Part shown: positions 11,351-30,760 of the stretch, one piece after another | Numbering within the stretch: position 1 is the first letter of the stretch | How the letters are laid out: the number at the start of each line of letters is the position of its first letter | NCBI GenBank assembly: GCA_023213395.1 | Contig: CM041465.1 | Coordinates: forward strand, 128,595,741-128,659,740 | Direction: 5' to 3' | DNA from: Cycas panzhihuaensis | Taxonomy: Eukaryota > Plantae > Cycadophyta | DNA: 64,000 bases | Notes under the pieces: generated by a model | Databases searched by the model: none | What the model was told of the DNA's origin: nothing | Seen by the model: the letters and a program-made list of their open reading frames with translations, nothing else | Made by a program: the position numbers and the translations under genes

Positions 11351-13383
11351 TGACTCTTGGTTTGTTGTCCTTGCATTGCTTTAGAATCGTCCCCAGAGAG
11401 CTGTTATCGCAACTTGCAATCATTCCTTGCATACTAGAACTATCCCAGAGTCGTCCCTCATTGGATTTCACTGGTAATATTGGATTTTCTTTTGGAACAC
11501 AATTGTTCACCATCCTTGGAAATGTCCTTTAATCATTCCAGCCATCCCGGAGACACATATATTGCATACCTCTATCAAGGGATCCAAAAAATGTTTTCAA
11601 CAACCTTGTTCAACGTTGCAAAAAAATTCCATTGCCAAAATTTTTGACTTTGTTAATGGGTTACCTTCCCCCATTGTTTCTCATGAGTTGCTCTTATAGC
11701 TCACCTATCTGAGCATCTCTTCGTTGTGCTTGCTTATCTTCATAAAATTTTTTACTTCTGTTGTCTTATCCTTCAATTCTTGTTGTAGTTGTGCCATTTG
11801 TTGTTATTGGGTTCCAATAAGTCATCCAACCAACTTTTTATCTATTGGATCTTATCCTCCATGCTTCCCATGCCATGGGAAGCACCCTCACTTGCTTCTG
11901 TCATTGTGGTGGGGTGATCTCCTACATGGGTTTTGTGTAAGACATGACCACTCACCGTGTTTGCTTCCTCACTTTCTTCTTTGGTCAATGAGGATGCGTG
12001 GTACCCCTGAAACCATAAAACAATGCATCTCAATCAACAAGTTGTCTAGTCTTTGCTGAGTTGACATTCATTAGAAATGGATTTGTTCATTTCTGCATTA
12101 GCACCCATCCATCCTCAATCTGTGCTTGAGTTGGCCATGTTGTAGGGATTTAGATAAACAACCCTAGCAACAATGAAGGGTGTCTGAAGGTTGCCTTTGT
12201 TCCTTCCATTCTTTGGAGTTGGGTATGAAGGGTGGCTTCCAAGAATCTGCTTCAATTCAACTTTCTTCCCTCTTGCACATCTTGAAGAGTGGTAAGTATG
12301 TTGATTGGACAGTAAATATATTTTTCTTACTCAAAAGTCAAGTGATGTAAACTTTGGCTAGCCACCTCAATTTTGGGTCCACTAAATCATCAATTTTTAT
12401 TCCTCGAGTATATGTCCTGACATCCATTTTACATAGTGCATAGACAACCTTCTCTCTGTCTACTTCTGTCCTCTTTTCTCCAATTGGAATTCTTCCACCG
12501 TTAGGTAATTCTGTAATCCTCCCAACTAGGTTGGCGGATATTTGAATTCTATCCAAGTTTTCTTTCACCAACAAAAACAATGTTTTTCATTGTCGTGTTG
12601 TCTCAGTAGAGGGGTGGTAACAACACATAACGCTTCCGTCCAACACTAATTACTGTTGCCTTAAATTCATCCTTCATTTTGACATAATCATTTTGTAATT
12701 GTGGCAAATGGGTTCTTGCAAATTTAACCTCATTTTAGAAATTTCACCACAAATTAGCTTACTAAAAATTGTTTTGCAGTGGAACGCTTGGTTAGATGCT
12801 TCTGTGAATGGAATGCTTCTTTGCTAGTTTCTATGTTCTTTGCTCTAGAACACTTGAAAATAAGAAACATCTATCAAAATTAAGTTTTTATGGCTTCTTT
12901 GTTGCCGAACTATTTGCATAAGTGTTCCTTGATGAGATGATTTTGTGCTAGTCTTGGGCGTTCGTGAATGCTTCTAGGGATGCTTTTTGGGACACGAGTG
13001 GGATGCAACTGAGATACTTGAGAGTCATTATCTACACTATCAATTATATTATCCAAATTAATACTATCATTATCACTACTAGCAACACTCAAATAGTCAA
13101 TATTGTTATTTATATTATTAGAATCATAATTTTTGGACAACAACAGGCAATGGAAAAATGGGCATGATACTTCACATGTTCCTTCCAACCAGTCTGCAAG
13201 GTAGTTGCTGGTTTCTCCACTATTGGAGTTTAATTGTGGATGAAGCTCTCCAAACCCATCTGTTTCTTTGTCATTTGATTATTCATAGTGGTATGTTCTT
13301 CCATTGTGCGATACATTTTTGTCTCATGATAGAGGAGATGGTACATTCACTAGTGATTGTTGTACTTGATGTGTCATCTAGAA

Positions 13384-14420
13384 TTACTTCAATTGTGCTC
13401 TTGACTTTACTAAACATAGGAAGGGTAAACTCTTTTTCATTCTTACAGAGAGTAATGTACATTTTTTCCAATTTTGCAAACAATCTGTTGCATACGACCA
13501 TGGTTGTCCAAGTAGGGCCAGGTATGAAATTATTTCTAAAGTCATTTGTAATATCGTAAATTCCATAAACACCAGAATTCTTGCTACATTCACTTTTACA
13601 TCTATCACTTTCCCCAACAGTGTAATTTGAAGTTTATTGGCTAGTTTTAAGGAATAATCAACTAGTTGCATGCTTGGACTTCCCAAGCATTTCCAAGTTT
13701 AAACTGGTAGCAAGTTAACTGTTGAACCTTTGTCTACGATTAAATTCTTAAATGTTTCTCCTAAAATGGTCATTGTTACTTTTGTATCTTTGTCATATGA
13801 TGGTAATATTTTATTGATATTTTGTACTCCCCCTTTGGAGTTTCTTATTTGGAATAACCCTAATTTAATCCACATTATTACTTAAGTTAGCAAGATCATC
13901 AACAGTGACTATTTTGCTCGGTTTTCCCTTAACACTAATGTCTTTAGCATATCATCCATTGGTATATTTTGGAATAGTTGATCGCACTCAATCATTGGTG
14001 GTTGACTGGTCATTGTTGCTTCCTTTTCCCTTTATGTTCCTCTCCTTTGATATGCATTCTTAATTTTTGACCAAGGTAGTGATGAGATATTTGCTTCCAC
14101 TTCCCTTGGTGCTTGTTCCAATGCTTGCTTTGCTTTTGCAAAGCGATCAATCTCTACCTTAGGCTTTGGATAATTTGTTTCCACTTTTTTTACTTTTAAT
14201 TGCAATCCACTTCTTGTTTGTAGATTCAACGATTTCAATGTATTAGGTACCATTATTGTTAGATTTGCAATTCTCATATTGAATGGGTAGGGGGTGGGTG
14301 CATGGTTAGATGGCCCACACTTAGGACAAATGTATGTACTATTGTATTATGATTTCACATACAGACATTTTGACCTCCAATGTCTGAATTCCAAACAGAA
14401 TAGGCGTCTTCATGCTGGTC
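13384..14420 (-). pseudogene. Zinc-knuckle plus retropepsin-like protease module downstream of integrase
   Basis: CPKCGPSNHAPTPYP (CCHC-like) near 14320. LIVDKGSTVNLL near 13740. YSLKLANK..LLGKVIDVKV..ALLGQPW in ORF 13384-13686. Confidence 0.7.
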
Positions 14421-15519
14421 CTTTTTTCTTTGGTTTTTCATTCCTTTTTGAAGTTGTTTTTGTATTATACATTGGTTAGGAGTCGCCTCCTATCCCTTAA
14501 CCTCTACCCTAGGCATTTCTCCCCCTAGGGTTACTATAACATTCTTTTGTTATATGGGTGTCTATATGGCATATATGACACCATTTTTGTTTCTTATTTA
14601 CATTCCTTAGATTGTGGAAACACTCTATTGTGGTTTGAGTGTTTGTATCATAGATGTGATACCATCTTTTCTCTTTTGCAACCTTATTTTATGGATTGAG
14701 GCAACATTGCTTGGTGTTATGGGTGTCCTCCAATTGACTCTAATTATAGATGCTTTAAACTCATCACTCATTTTGGAGTACTCATTTTCCAAGTGTGGTA
14801 GGTAGGGTTCTAATAATTCTAGCTCCATCTTCAAGAATTCACCACAAAATGCTTGGAAGCTTACTTACCAATAGTAAAATGTCAATGGAGTTCTTTATCG
14901 GATGTTTGTTGGGGTGTTTGCGTGGAAGATTCCCTTTAAACCACTCCTAGAATCTCTAGAACCATTCATATACACAGTGGGAAGTTTCTTTTTGAAAGTG
15001 GCTCAAATCTTCTTCCAAGATTTCTCCAATTCTGTCTAGAGGCTTGTGACGCAACTCATAAAAATAATGAATTTTGACTAAAAACTAAGATTACGTGAGT
15101 TTTTTTTGCCAAACCATTTGCAATTGCACAATGGGATGCTTCTATTCCAACCACTTGGTTGTTCATGGATGCTTCTAGGCAGGCTTCTAGGTATGCTTAT
15201 TGGATGCTTCAAAAGATAACACTTTTTACTCAAAATTTTGCTTGTATTTTAACTCTTTTGATCTAATTGTTTCATATTGGGGTTTGTGGGGTTTTATTGC
15301 TGATTTATATGCTTTTTTCAAAAATTCTTCAGTGTTGTTAGGTGTCAGATGTCAAGTTATGAGTTATTTTCACTTTTTTGATTTTGTAAAATACTTTTCT
15401 CTTTATGTATCAAGACAAAATCATTTTCTTGATACTAAGACACCTACAATTGTCCTCAACTTTAAGAAATACATCCATAGTGCAACCATTAATTCTTCCA
15501 GTGAATTTGGTTTATCCTA

Positions 15520-18300
15520 ATGGTGATAAGGTTTTAACGTGTTGCCATTGATCAATTTTGGTAATGCTTATCCATTCAGTTCTTACAATTGAATTAAACC
15601 ATTTGGAAATGTTTGTTGGTTTATGTAGGGGCCTAACCATTGCATCTTAGTTTTCCTTAGGCGTGTTTTAAAATTTTCGTCATAAAGCAATACTTCGTCA
15701 TTTTCTTGATTGTGGTAATTGAAGGTAACAGTCATGCCACGTTTTCTGGTGATTTTTCTCAATGGCTTGCATCCAGTTTGCCATCTATCTTATTTCCTCT
15801 AGCTGAATTAATTGCAATAATCTTCCTTGAAGTGATTCATCATCTCCCAAGCAACAAGCAAGGGATATGCAGATGCTTGGGATTTCAAATTCTTAAGGGA
15901 TGATAGCCTAGACTCCATAAACTAATAAGAAGGGAGTTTGTCTAGTAGCTCTTTTATATGTTGTACGAAATGCCCATAATACAAAAAGGTGATTTCTCTG
16001 CCCAATTTGGTTGACCAGTATTGCATATTTTTCGTAAACAATTCTTGATGATTTTATTTGAACTTTTTGCTTGACCATTTGCTCGTGGATAGTATCTAGT
16101 TGATTTTTTATGGTTGATCATAAAGGTTCTTGTAAGCTCTTGAATTATTGCATTGATAAAATGGGATCCTTGATCACTTACTAATTTCAAGGGGCATCCA
16201 AATCTCATTATAATCACCTCATACAAGAATCATGTCATGCTTTGGGTGTCACCGTTCTTGAGTGGCCTTGCTTCTACCCATTTAGTTGCATAATTGGTGG
16301 GCAATCAACATATATCTTACTTGGGATCTTTGAGTAGTGGGACATATGGGGTTGACGAATCAATTCCCCATTTCTCGAATGGAGCTTGAGGTAGAATCAG
16401 GTTGAAAGGTTGAAAATCTTAGCGGCGCAGTTACCCTATCCACTGGCAATAGTCACACTTTTTTACCCAATTCTATGTATCATCAAATAATGTTGGCTAC
16501 CATAGCCCAATGTTTAACATTTTTTCTATTCATGTGTCCACTAACCACACCTTGATGTGCTTGGGATATAATTTGTTCTACTTCGTGTGGTGTTATGCAA
16601 TGTCTTAAAACATCATCAAGGTCAAGTTGATAGAGCTTTCCTTGAATGAGTTGATAAGGCTCTGCTTTCCTTACCAAATGCCTTTTCTCTACTTTGTCTA
16701 ATCTAGGTGGTAATTTTCCAGTTGACAGATATTTAGGAATAACTTCACCATTCTGGTGCAATTGCATAAACTTTGAAGAAATAGGTGTTGGGAAAGTTGT
16801 TGTGAACTTTGGTTGCCTTTTTGCTGTTGTTATTTCTTGATAATTAGTCGGGTATTACATGGGTTTTTCCGGGTTTAACAATGATCTTGAACATGAATTC
16901 TTGGAAAAGCATCAACCACTTGTTGATTCTCCCTTGAAGTAATGGCTTGTTAATTAGGTATAGGACTTGATGATCTATGTAGAATATGAATGGATTGACA
17001 ATGGATAATGTTGAAATTTTTGTAATGCATGGACCATCACTAGTCGTTATCGTTCTGTAATCGTATGATTTTGTTCTAGTCAAATTAGCTTCCTGCTGGC
17101 AAATGCAATTGGGTGATTGATATTCTTCTCATCAAGTTGAGCCAATGCGGCACCCAATTATGAATTGAGAGGTGTTCACATGGACATGAAACATCCTATT
17201 CTAATTAGGGAATTTCAAAATGAGTGTTGTTGCAACTGCTTTCTCTAGGGTTTCAAATGCCATTTGTTATTCACCTTCCCATTCCCATTCAACATCTTTC
17301 TTAAGTAATTCTTCCAAGGGTCTAGAGATTTAGGCGTATCCTTTAATAAATCACTACTAGTATTTGGTTAATCCTAGAAATCCCTTCAATTGTTTCTTGG
17401 TAAGGGGGATGGGAAAATTTAGTATTGTAGATACTTTTGCGGGGCCAGTTAATAAGCCTTCCTTATTGACAATGTGACCTAATAGATTTTTGAATGGTAT
17501 CATAAAAGTATTTTTTTTAGATTTAGACATAATTTATTTTCTCAACATGTTTGTAACATCTCCCAAATATTTTCTAAACGATTCTTAATTATTCCATATA
17601 GTGCCCAGTCATCGAGAAACATAGTTGCCTTCTCGCTAATCATTTTTTGAAAGATGTTGAGAACTATTTGCTAGAAAGTAGTTGGGGCATTTGCTAATCC
17701 AAATGACATCACCCTATATGCGTATGTGCCCCATTCAGTAATAAATGTTGTCTTTGCCTAATCTTCCAGTCCAATTCGTACTTGATTGTACCCACTAAAT
17801 CTGACTGTAAAATAATAAACTTCACTACCTCCTACTATCTCTGGGACATCCTTTGTAAAGGGGATGGGGAAAGGATCCTTTTTCGTTGCTTTATTCAGTT
17901 GATAGTAGTCAACACATACTCGGATTTTTCCATTCTTTGGAGCCACTACCACTAGGCCAACTTGGTTGCTATATTTTACTTCATAGATATGACTTGATTC
18001 CAATATTTTGTCTATTTTGGTCTTTACCCTTTTTTTGTATTTAAGATTCATTCAGTAGGGTCTTTGTTTGCCTTGATTAGGTCTATGTGTTGCATTCCTA
18101 TTTTTGGTAGAATGCCTTTCAGATATTTGTAAAACTTCGCGAACACATCTCTAAATTTCTCAAAAAGTGCTTGGGCTTGAGCAACTGTTTCATCATCCTA
18201 GTAATCTTCAACGGCTATGTTTCTTGGATTTTTTTCATCCCTAATGTTTAATTTTTTTCATTTTAAGATTTTTAAATTGCACTTGCTTCTCCTTGTTAAC
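15520..18300 (-). pseudogene. Ty3 pol (RT, RNase H, integrase) with many stops and frameshifts
   Basis: ORF fragments 17758-18051, 16844-17083, 16483-16767 and 15954-16226 lie in Ty3 domain order. Confidence 0.88.
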
Positions 18301-19413
18301 CTTGTGTCTAGGTGTTTGCTCAATACCACGATCTTTATAGTTCATGTTTGAATACTCTGGAGGAAAATTTTGAACCTCTTCCCACTTCATTTGTATGTAC
18401 CTCTATTGCCAGTTTCCACTTTGTTGTTGTAAGTGACAATACCCTATGATTGCGATTTTCTACTTCCATACTTAACTCTTTTATATACTCTAAGATCTTA
18501 TGAATTATTGTGTTTGTGGATTTGTAGGAGAATGCTTTTGGAAATGAGTTTTCCAACTTATCCCACGAAACTTCTCTTATACGTTCTTTCCCTAACAACC
18601 AATTTTGGCTCGTTCTTTGTAATGTATGATAGAACAAGTGAGTCTAGTCTTTCTTGGGTATGCTTTGAGATTTGTAAAACATTCTACATTGTTTGAGATG
18701 TTTTTGTGGATAATCACCCATGGAGAATGTTGAGATATCACCTAGGTTTTGATTATCAAAACATATCAGAATGTGTATTGCAATTCTGACCAATTCTGGA
18801 GTGTGTATTGGTGGGTTATGTACCACTACCAGGCTGGTCCCTAAAGAGTCGTCATAAAATCAATTTTCCAATGACTTTAGTCTAACACTTGATGTTCCAT
18901 CTAATACTCCATGCATTGGATGAGGTGGTTGGTTGTGTTGTCGTTCATTCGAAGGAACATAGGCATAACGTCCCCAGTGGTAACATAACCTAGGTTTGCA
19001 TCACTACTAGGTATACTAGTCCTACAATTGGAAGGTGGAGTCCTATGGGTTAAACCTTCATCTGAATTAACCCTAGGGGAGGATAAGCTATGCTAGCGGT
19101 AGTTGTTGTAGAAGAGAAAGGAGAGGAACTACGATTACTACCTTTAGAGGGGGTTTGGGAATCACCAGGGTTGAAAGTCCTAAAGGGAGGTTTTTGGGAA
19201 CTAGGATTGGAAGCCCTAGGTGAAGGGAGGGGCGATTGGATTGGAAGAGGGCTTTCCCCTATACCTAGTTCAAGGGAAAGTAGAGAGACTATTGATTCCA
19301 TCCTCACGTGGGTAACTCGGGATTGGGATGGGGTTTGGGTTCAAGTTGGAGATAGGATTAGGGTTATCCTCAATGATCAATTTTTTATTTTAATCATTAT
19401 TTTTCTCATTCAT

Positions 19414-19933
19414 TGTTGGCCAGTCCAGTTGACATTGGTATTTTGAAGTTTTGTTGAATTTCTTATGTCAAGAATTTTGTGTTGAAGGTTTGGTATGTTG
19501 AAGTCTTGGTGGCTATGTTGTATTGATGTCATTTGCATATGTGGACTTGGTCGATGTTGACTTTTGGGTTTCGACGGAAGTTGACATAGACCTAGTCCAC
19601 ACATGACGAAGTTTTGAGACATGATGAAGTTAGTTTCATAACCATTTTTGTAATTGTTTGAATTAAATATTTGTATAAATAATCTTAGTCTTGTAAGTAG
19701 TACAGAACCTTGTACCCCTGAAATTTGATTGTGGGCTTGTATTAATTTGGATATAAGCATTGCATGTTTAGTCTAATGTGATTGGTGAGAGCAATCGTGT
19801 TGGCTGCATTAGTTTCGTTATGAATAAAGAAGAATTGGTGGATGAATTCATGTGTGATGCTTGGTTGGATATTATTACAGATTTTGTAATGTTATGATGT
19901 GTATGTTGAAAGTTTACAAATTAACATCCAACA
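19414..19933 (+). repeat. 5' LTR (520 bp) of the plus-strand Athila-like element
   Basis: Perfect inverted termini TGTTGG...CCAACA with internal TATAAATA and AATAAA. Followed by TTTGGTTTCGTTG, a degenerate Athila-type PBS (cf. TGGCGCCGTTG). Confidence 0.7.
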
Positions 19934-22900
19934 TTTGGTTTCGTTGATGTTGAATTCAATGTCTTTCTTTTGAATAATTTGCTAACACTATAATAGGTTG
20001 AGAACGACTCTTCAAGGCTAAGATCACGAAGGGGGGAGGAGCAATAATGGAAGGAGATAATGCATGCTGAATCGGGAACAACTAGATATGATTGCTAGAG
20101 CAGAGAATATTTGGAGCTTGGCCAGAAGGGGAAAATTCAAAACTAGGAAGCGTTGGTACCTGGTACTTGATTGAAGATGCATTGGAGGAATTAGAAAGGA
20201 AGATTGAGTTCTTGTCACTCAAAGATTTTTGCTTTGGAAAGAATGATCCTCCCTTTACAATCAAGCAAGAAAAACAAGCCCAGAACAAGATGGCAAGTGT
20301 TCTAGTTGTCCACTATGTAGTAAAAATGCCTTTACCAGAGTATGATGGGAATTCATATGCAAATCAACATATGTTCATCTACAAGTCCATATGGACATGG
20401 CGAGCAATGATTGATGACTAGATAAGATGGAATGAGTTTGTAACCACTTTACGTGGGAGAGCTCAGACATTGTATCAATTTGCAAAAAATCAAGGATTGC
20501 TCCAGGATTGGAATGCTTGTAAAGCTCACTTTTTGAAATTTTTTGCTCAATATAAACAAAGATAATCTGGCTTTAATGAATTGTGCAATTCGCAAATATG
20601 AGCAGGAGAAACATTTTAGGCCTTTGCCTTGAGATGTATGGAGATATTTGCCCAATCTACATATAACATGGACGTCAAACAACAAATTGACTACTTTCTT
20701 AATGGACTTCCAATTGAGGTGTGGATTGCATTAAGACATAAGAATTTTTCAAAGTTTGAGGAAGTAGTGGAGGCCGCCGTCCAATTAGAAGGAGACATGG
20801 AAACCTCCATAACTCTGCCCAATTCTCCTCAATTGATAGAATGGTTGATACAAGCATTGCAATAAATCAACCTTCTAATAGAGCAGTCCAAAAGGACAAA
20901 TGTTTGGTGCATGTAGTGTGAAAGGAGGGCACTTTCGTGAGGAATGCCCCTTAAGGACAATAGGAGGGGAGGATTTGAAAAACACATAACACCAAGCAAT
21001 TCAACGTTATGATGGTGCTTTAACTTCAAATCAACCTAGCCGAGAAAGGAAATTCTCCTATTGCCATGGGATACCCATAGACCGCAGTGAGAAATGTTGA
21101 CTTAATATGAAAAATAGTAGACTAGAGCTATTTTGCCACACTTGCAAGACACAAACTCATAATACAAAGCATTACAATTTTAACATGAGAATAAAGAATG
21201 AAGTAAAGCCAAGAAATCGAAATTGACATCCAAAAATAATGAAGCATTTGCAATGCAATAAATGTCGATGTTGGGGGAATGGACATAGTAGTTGTCCTGA
21301 TCAACCTGGAGTAACAGTTTGCATTCTCTGTGGACAAGGAGATCATGAGACAGTGGATTGCCTTGAGTTGCTGGAGAAAATAAAATGCAAAGATAAAGCT
21401 GTAAATTAGCTAACAATAATCAGAAGGCCCATATTGCCTCCACGAGAACTAGAAATTTCATTAGTAAGGGAGGAGAGGGACCTAAATTGGGTCACTTAAC
21501 AAGGAACAAAAGGGGGAGTGAACTACCATCAGAGGCAGCCAAGAATGATTCCAAATAAAACTACAAAACAAAAGATAGTTTATCTAGACCCTTTGTAACA
21601 AAAGAAAATAGTTTTGGAAACACAAATTGAGTTGAACTTAGAACAACCATTTTATATGATAAAGAATGATTTTTTTCTTCCTATTTGGAATAAATTGTGC
21701 CAATAGATTGGTGAAAAGGATAAGGCCCAAAGAGTACTTACTTTGGCATACTCAATAATTACTCAAACTTTGGGCATAATCAACAAGGGTAGATCAATGC
21801 CAGAGGTCAAACAAATGAGGTAGATGACATGGCGATAGGCAAAAAAAGATGAAGATTTAGAACCTCTACTAGATATTCAAATCAACAATTATACATTTCA
21901 AGATGCTATTGCCAATTTTGGCTCCCAAGTAAATTTAATTACTGAAGACACATGGAGAAGATTAGGGTGACTTGGCTTGGTCAAATCACCAAGTATCGTC
22001 AAATTCACTAATTAGAATCTTGTTCCTTCCATTGGTAGATTAACAACTTAAGTCACATTCTTTGGGATTTCAACAAAAATAGATTTTGAAGTGGTTTCTT
22101 TACTAGGGGGTAAATGTCTATCAAATATTACTTAGAAGACTTTGGGGCAAGCGCATGAGAGGCAAGGCTGACCATTCAACACAACAATAGGGCAATTGTC
22201 ATTCCACTTGGCAAAAGGTAGGTGATATATGAAGATTGTGTGTTAGTATCAATAGAACAAAGTAATCAACAAATGCCCTATGAAGATATTTATCATTGTC
22301 AAGCTACAACAAATGATTTGGTTAACCCAATAATAGGACACCTCGAATATAACACAAATGAATCTCAATCAATGAGATAATATGATGTTTTGTAGGCCTG
22401 GCAAGAAGAATGATATGAAGAATATCGTTCTTGTTTTTGCATTCGCATTGTTTTCAAGACATTCCAAGAGGATAAGTCGGTCTCGGAAATTTTGACTAAT
22501 AATGGTACATCTAATGCAAGGGAATTTCTAGATGATTTGGAAAGAATGGTCAAAGACCCAACCAAAGTTTGGCAAAACTCATTAAGAGGTATTGCTTTTA
22601 ATTGGTGGATTGCTACAAAAAAATCAATGGACAACATATATAGAGGCAATTCAATATTTCTAGAGAAGGTTTGATTTGGAACAAAGGTGCCAAGTGAAAC
22701 CCTTGGTAAAATACCAAGGGGATTCAAATCCACAAAAGCATGTGCAGAACTGTGAGCAGACATGGCAACAATTTGACATACCAAAGCAATTATGGCTGCA
22801 TCTTTTCCCAACCACATTGGGAATGGTTCCCTATAGATGGTTTGTTAACATGGAAAAATGTCGATAGACATCTACATGGGAAGCTATTAAGAAGAAATTC

Positions 22901-24683
22901 TGTCATGTATTCTCTCTCTTTGACGAATGTCAACCAATTAGAGAAATTTTACAAAGAATTAGAACCTTTTTTTCTAAGACAAGGTGACAATTATCTCTTC
23001 TACGTTCTAGGAGAAGGAAACAACATGATATTCGACCTTGGTCAAAGGAAGAGATTTTGAGGAGGATGATGAAATTTGACAAAGATTCAAGAACATTGGC
23101 CAAGAGGCTAGAACGATGAAAGAAACACTTGCACATGACAGAGTTGTGAATGATCGACCAACAAAATTGCAAGAAATGAATTTGGGAACTCCAGAAGAAC
23201 TAAAGAACATTTTCATTGGAGAAGGGTGGTTAGAACAAATCGTTGTCAAAGAACATGGCCTCTTCAAAGAATTCAAGGATGTTTTTGCTTGGACATATAA
23301 GGATTTGAAGGCGATCCCAGAACAAATAGGTGTCATGAAAATTGAATTGGAAGAGGGAGAAAAACCTATAAAATAGAAACCATACAAGATGAACTTTAGA
23401 TATTGAAAAAAAATTCAAGAAGAAATTGAAAAGTTGGTGACCGCTGGTTGTATTTGTCTTGTTGACAAGACTAATTGAGTAAGCCCTAAGAATAAAAATG
23501 GAAAATTGAGGATATGTGTTGACTTTGGGGCACTAAATAAAGTCATAAAGAAGGATCCATTTCTAGTTCCATTCATTAAACAGATGTTGGAGAATGTTGT
23601 AGGACAAGAGATCTTTTCTTTTATAGATGGATTTTCTAGTTATAATCAAGTTAAAATAGTTGAAGAAGATCAAAGTAAGACAACATTTGTGACTGGATGA
23701 GGTTCTTATGCTTACAAGGTAATGCCTTTTGGTTTGTGTAATCCTCTTGCAGTGTTCTCTAGAATCACCATGACAATCTTCAAGGAATTTATCCATAAAT
23801 TCCTAGAAGTATATTTGGATGATTGGACCATGTTTGGATTGTTGAAAGATCATGTAGCTAGCTTGAGGCTTATGTTCCAACAGTGGGGTTATCTTTAAAC
23901 CTAGATAAATGTCAATTTATGGTCCCTTTTTTCACCTTATTGGGACATGCTATTTTTAAAGAAGGATTGTTGATTGGCCCAACAAAGATCCAAGTAATTT
24001 TGAGCTTGAAACCACCCATATATCCAACAATGGTAAAGCAAATTTTGGGGCATATGGGTTCCCATTGGAAGTTTATTAAAGGATATGCAACCATTGCTAC
24101 TCCACTACAGAGATTGCTTCAGAAAGACATGCCTTTCATTTGGTCAAAGGAGTGTGAAGTAGTGTTTGAAGAATTGAAACAAAAAGTTGTCAATGCACCT
24201 ATCCTAAGTTTTTCATATTTGAATAAGATTTTTCATGTTCATGTTGATGCATCTAGAATAGCTATAGGAGCGGTCCTTGTACAACTTGTTAAAGGAGCTA
24301 TCGATCACCAATTGTATTTGCCAGTAGAAGATTGACCTAGGTAAAAAATAATTATACCATGATGGGGCGAAAAGGATTAGCCTTGGTATATGCACTTCAA
24401 AAATTTTGACATTACCTATTAGCTAAGTTCTCACTTCTATATAGACCATCAAGCTTTGACATATTTGGTTAACAAACCTATTCTCCAAGGTTAGATAAAT
24501 TGATGGGTTCTCCTATTTTAGGAGTATAATTTCAAGATAATTTTAAAGCCTGGAAAGTCACATGTTGCTCCTGATCATTTATCCAAGATCCATATAGGCG
24601 AAGAACCAACAGGTGTGGAGGATGATTTTCTAGATGCAAGACTTTATAAGGTTGATGTGGTCCTTGATGAGTTCCAAGAGGTT

Positions 24684-30760
<6,077 letters not shown>

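Larger units (their letters stand above)
10916..19413 (-). mobile_element. Degenerate Athila-like (non-chromovirus) Ty3/Gypsy: pol, 3' accessory region and probable 3' LTR; cut at 19414 by the next insertion
   Basis: RT (KIRVCVDYYQLNKATKKDPFPIP, FSGYNQVRI, 17758-18051), RNase H (LQGRINKWLMLFQEF) and integrase (RFGCPLKLVSDQGSHF, YYPRANGQAKSSNK). No chromodomain and no archaeal-type RNase H. Confidence 0.85.
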
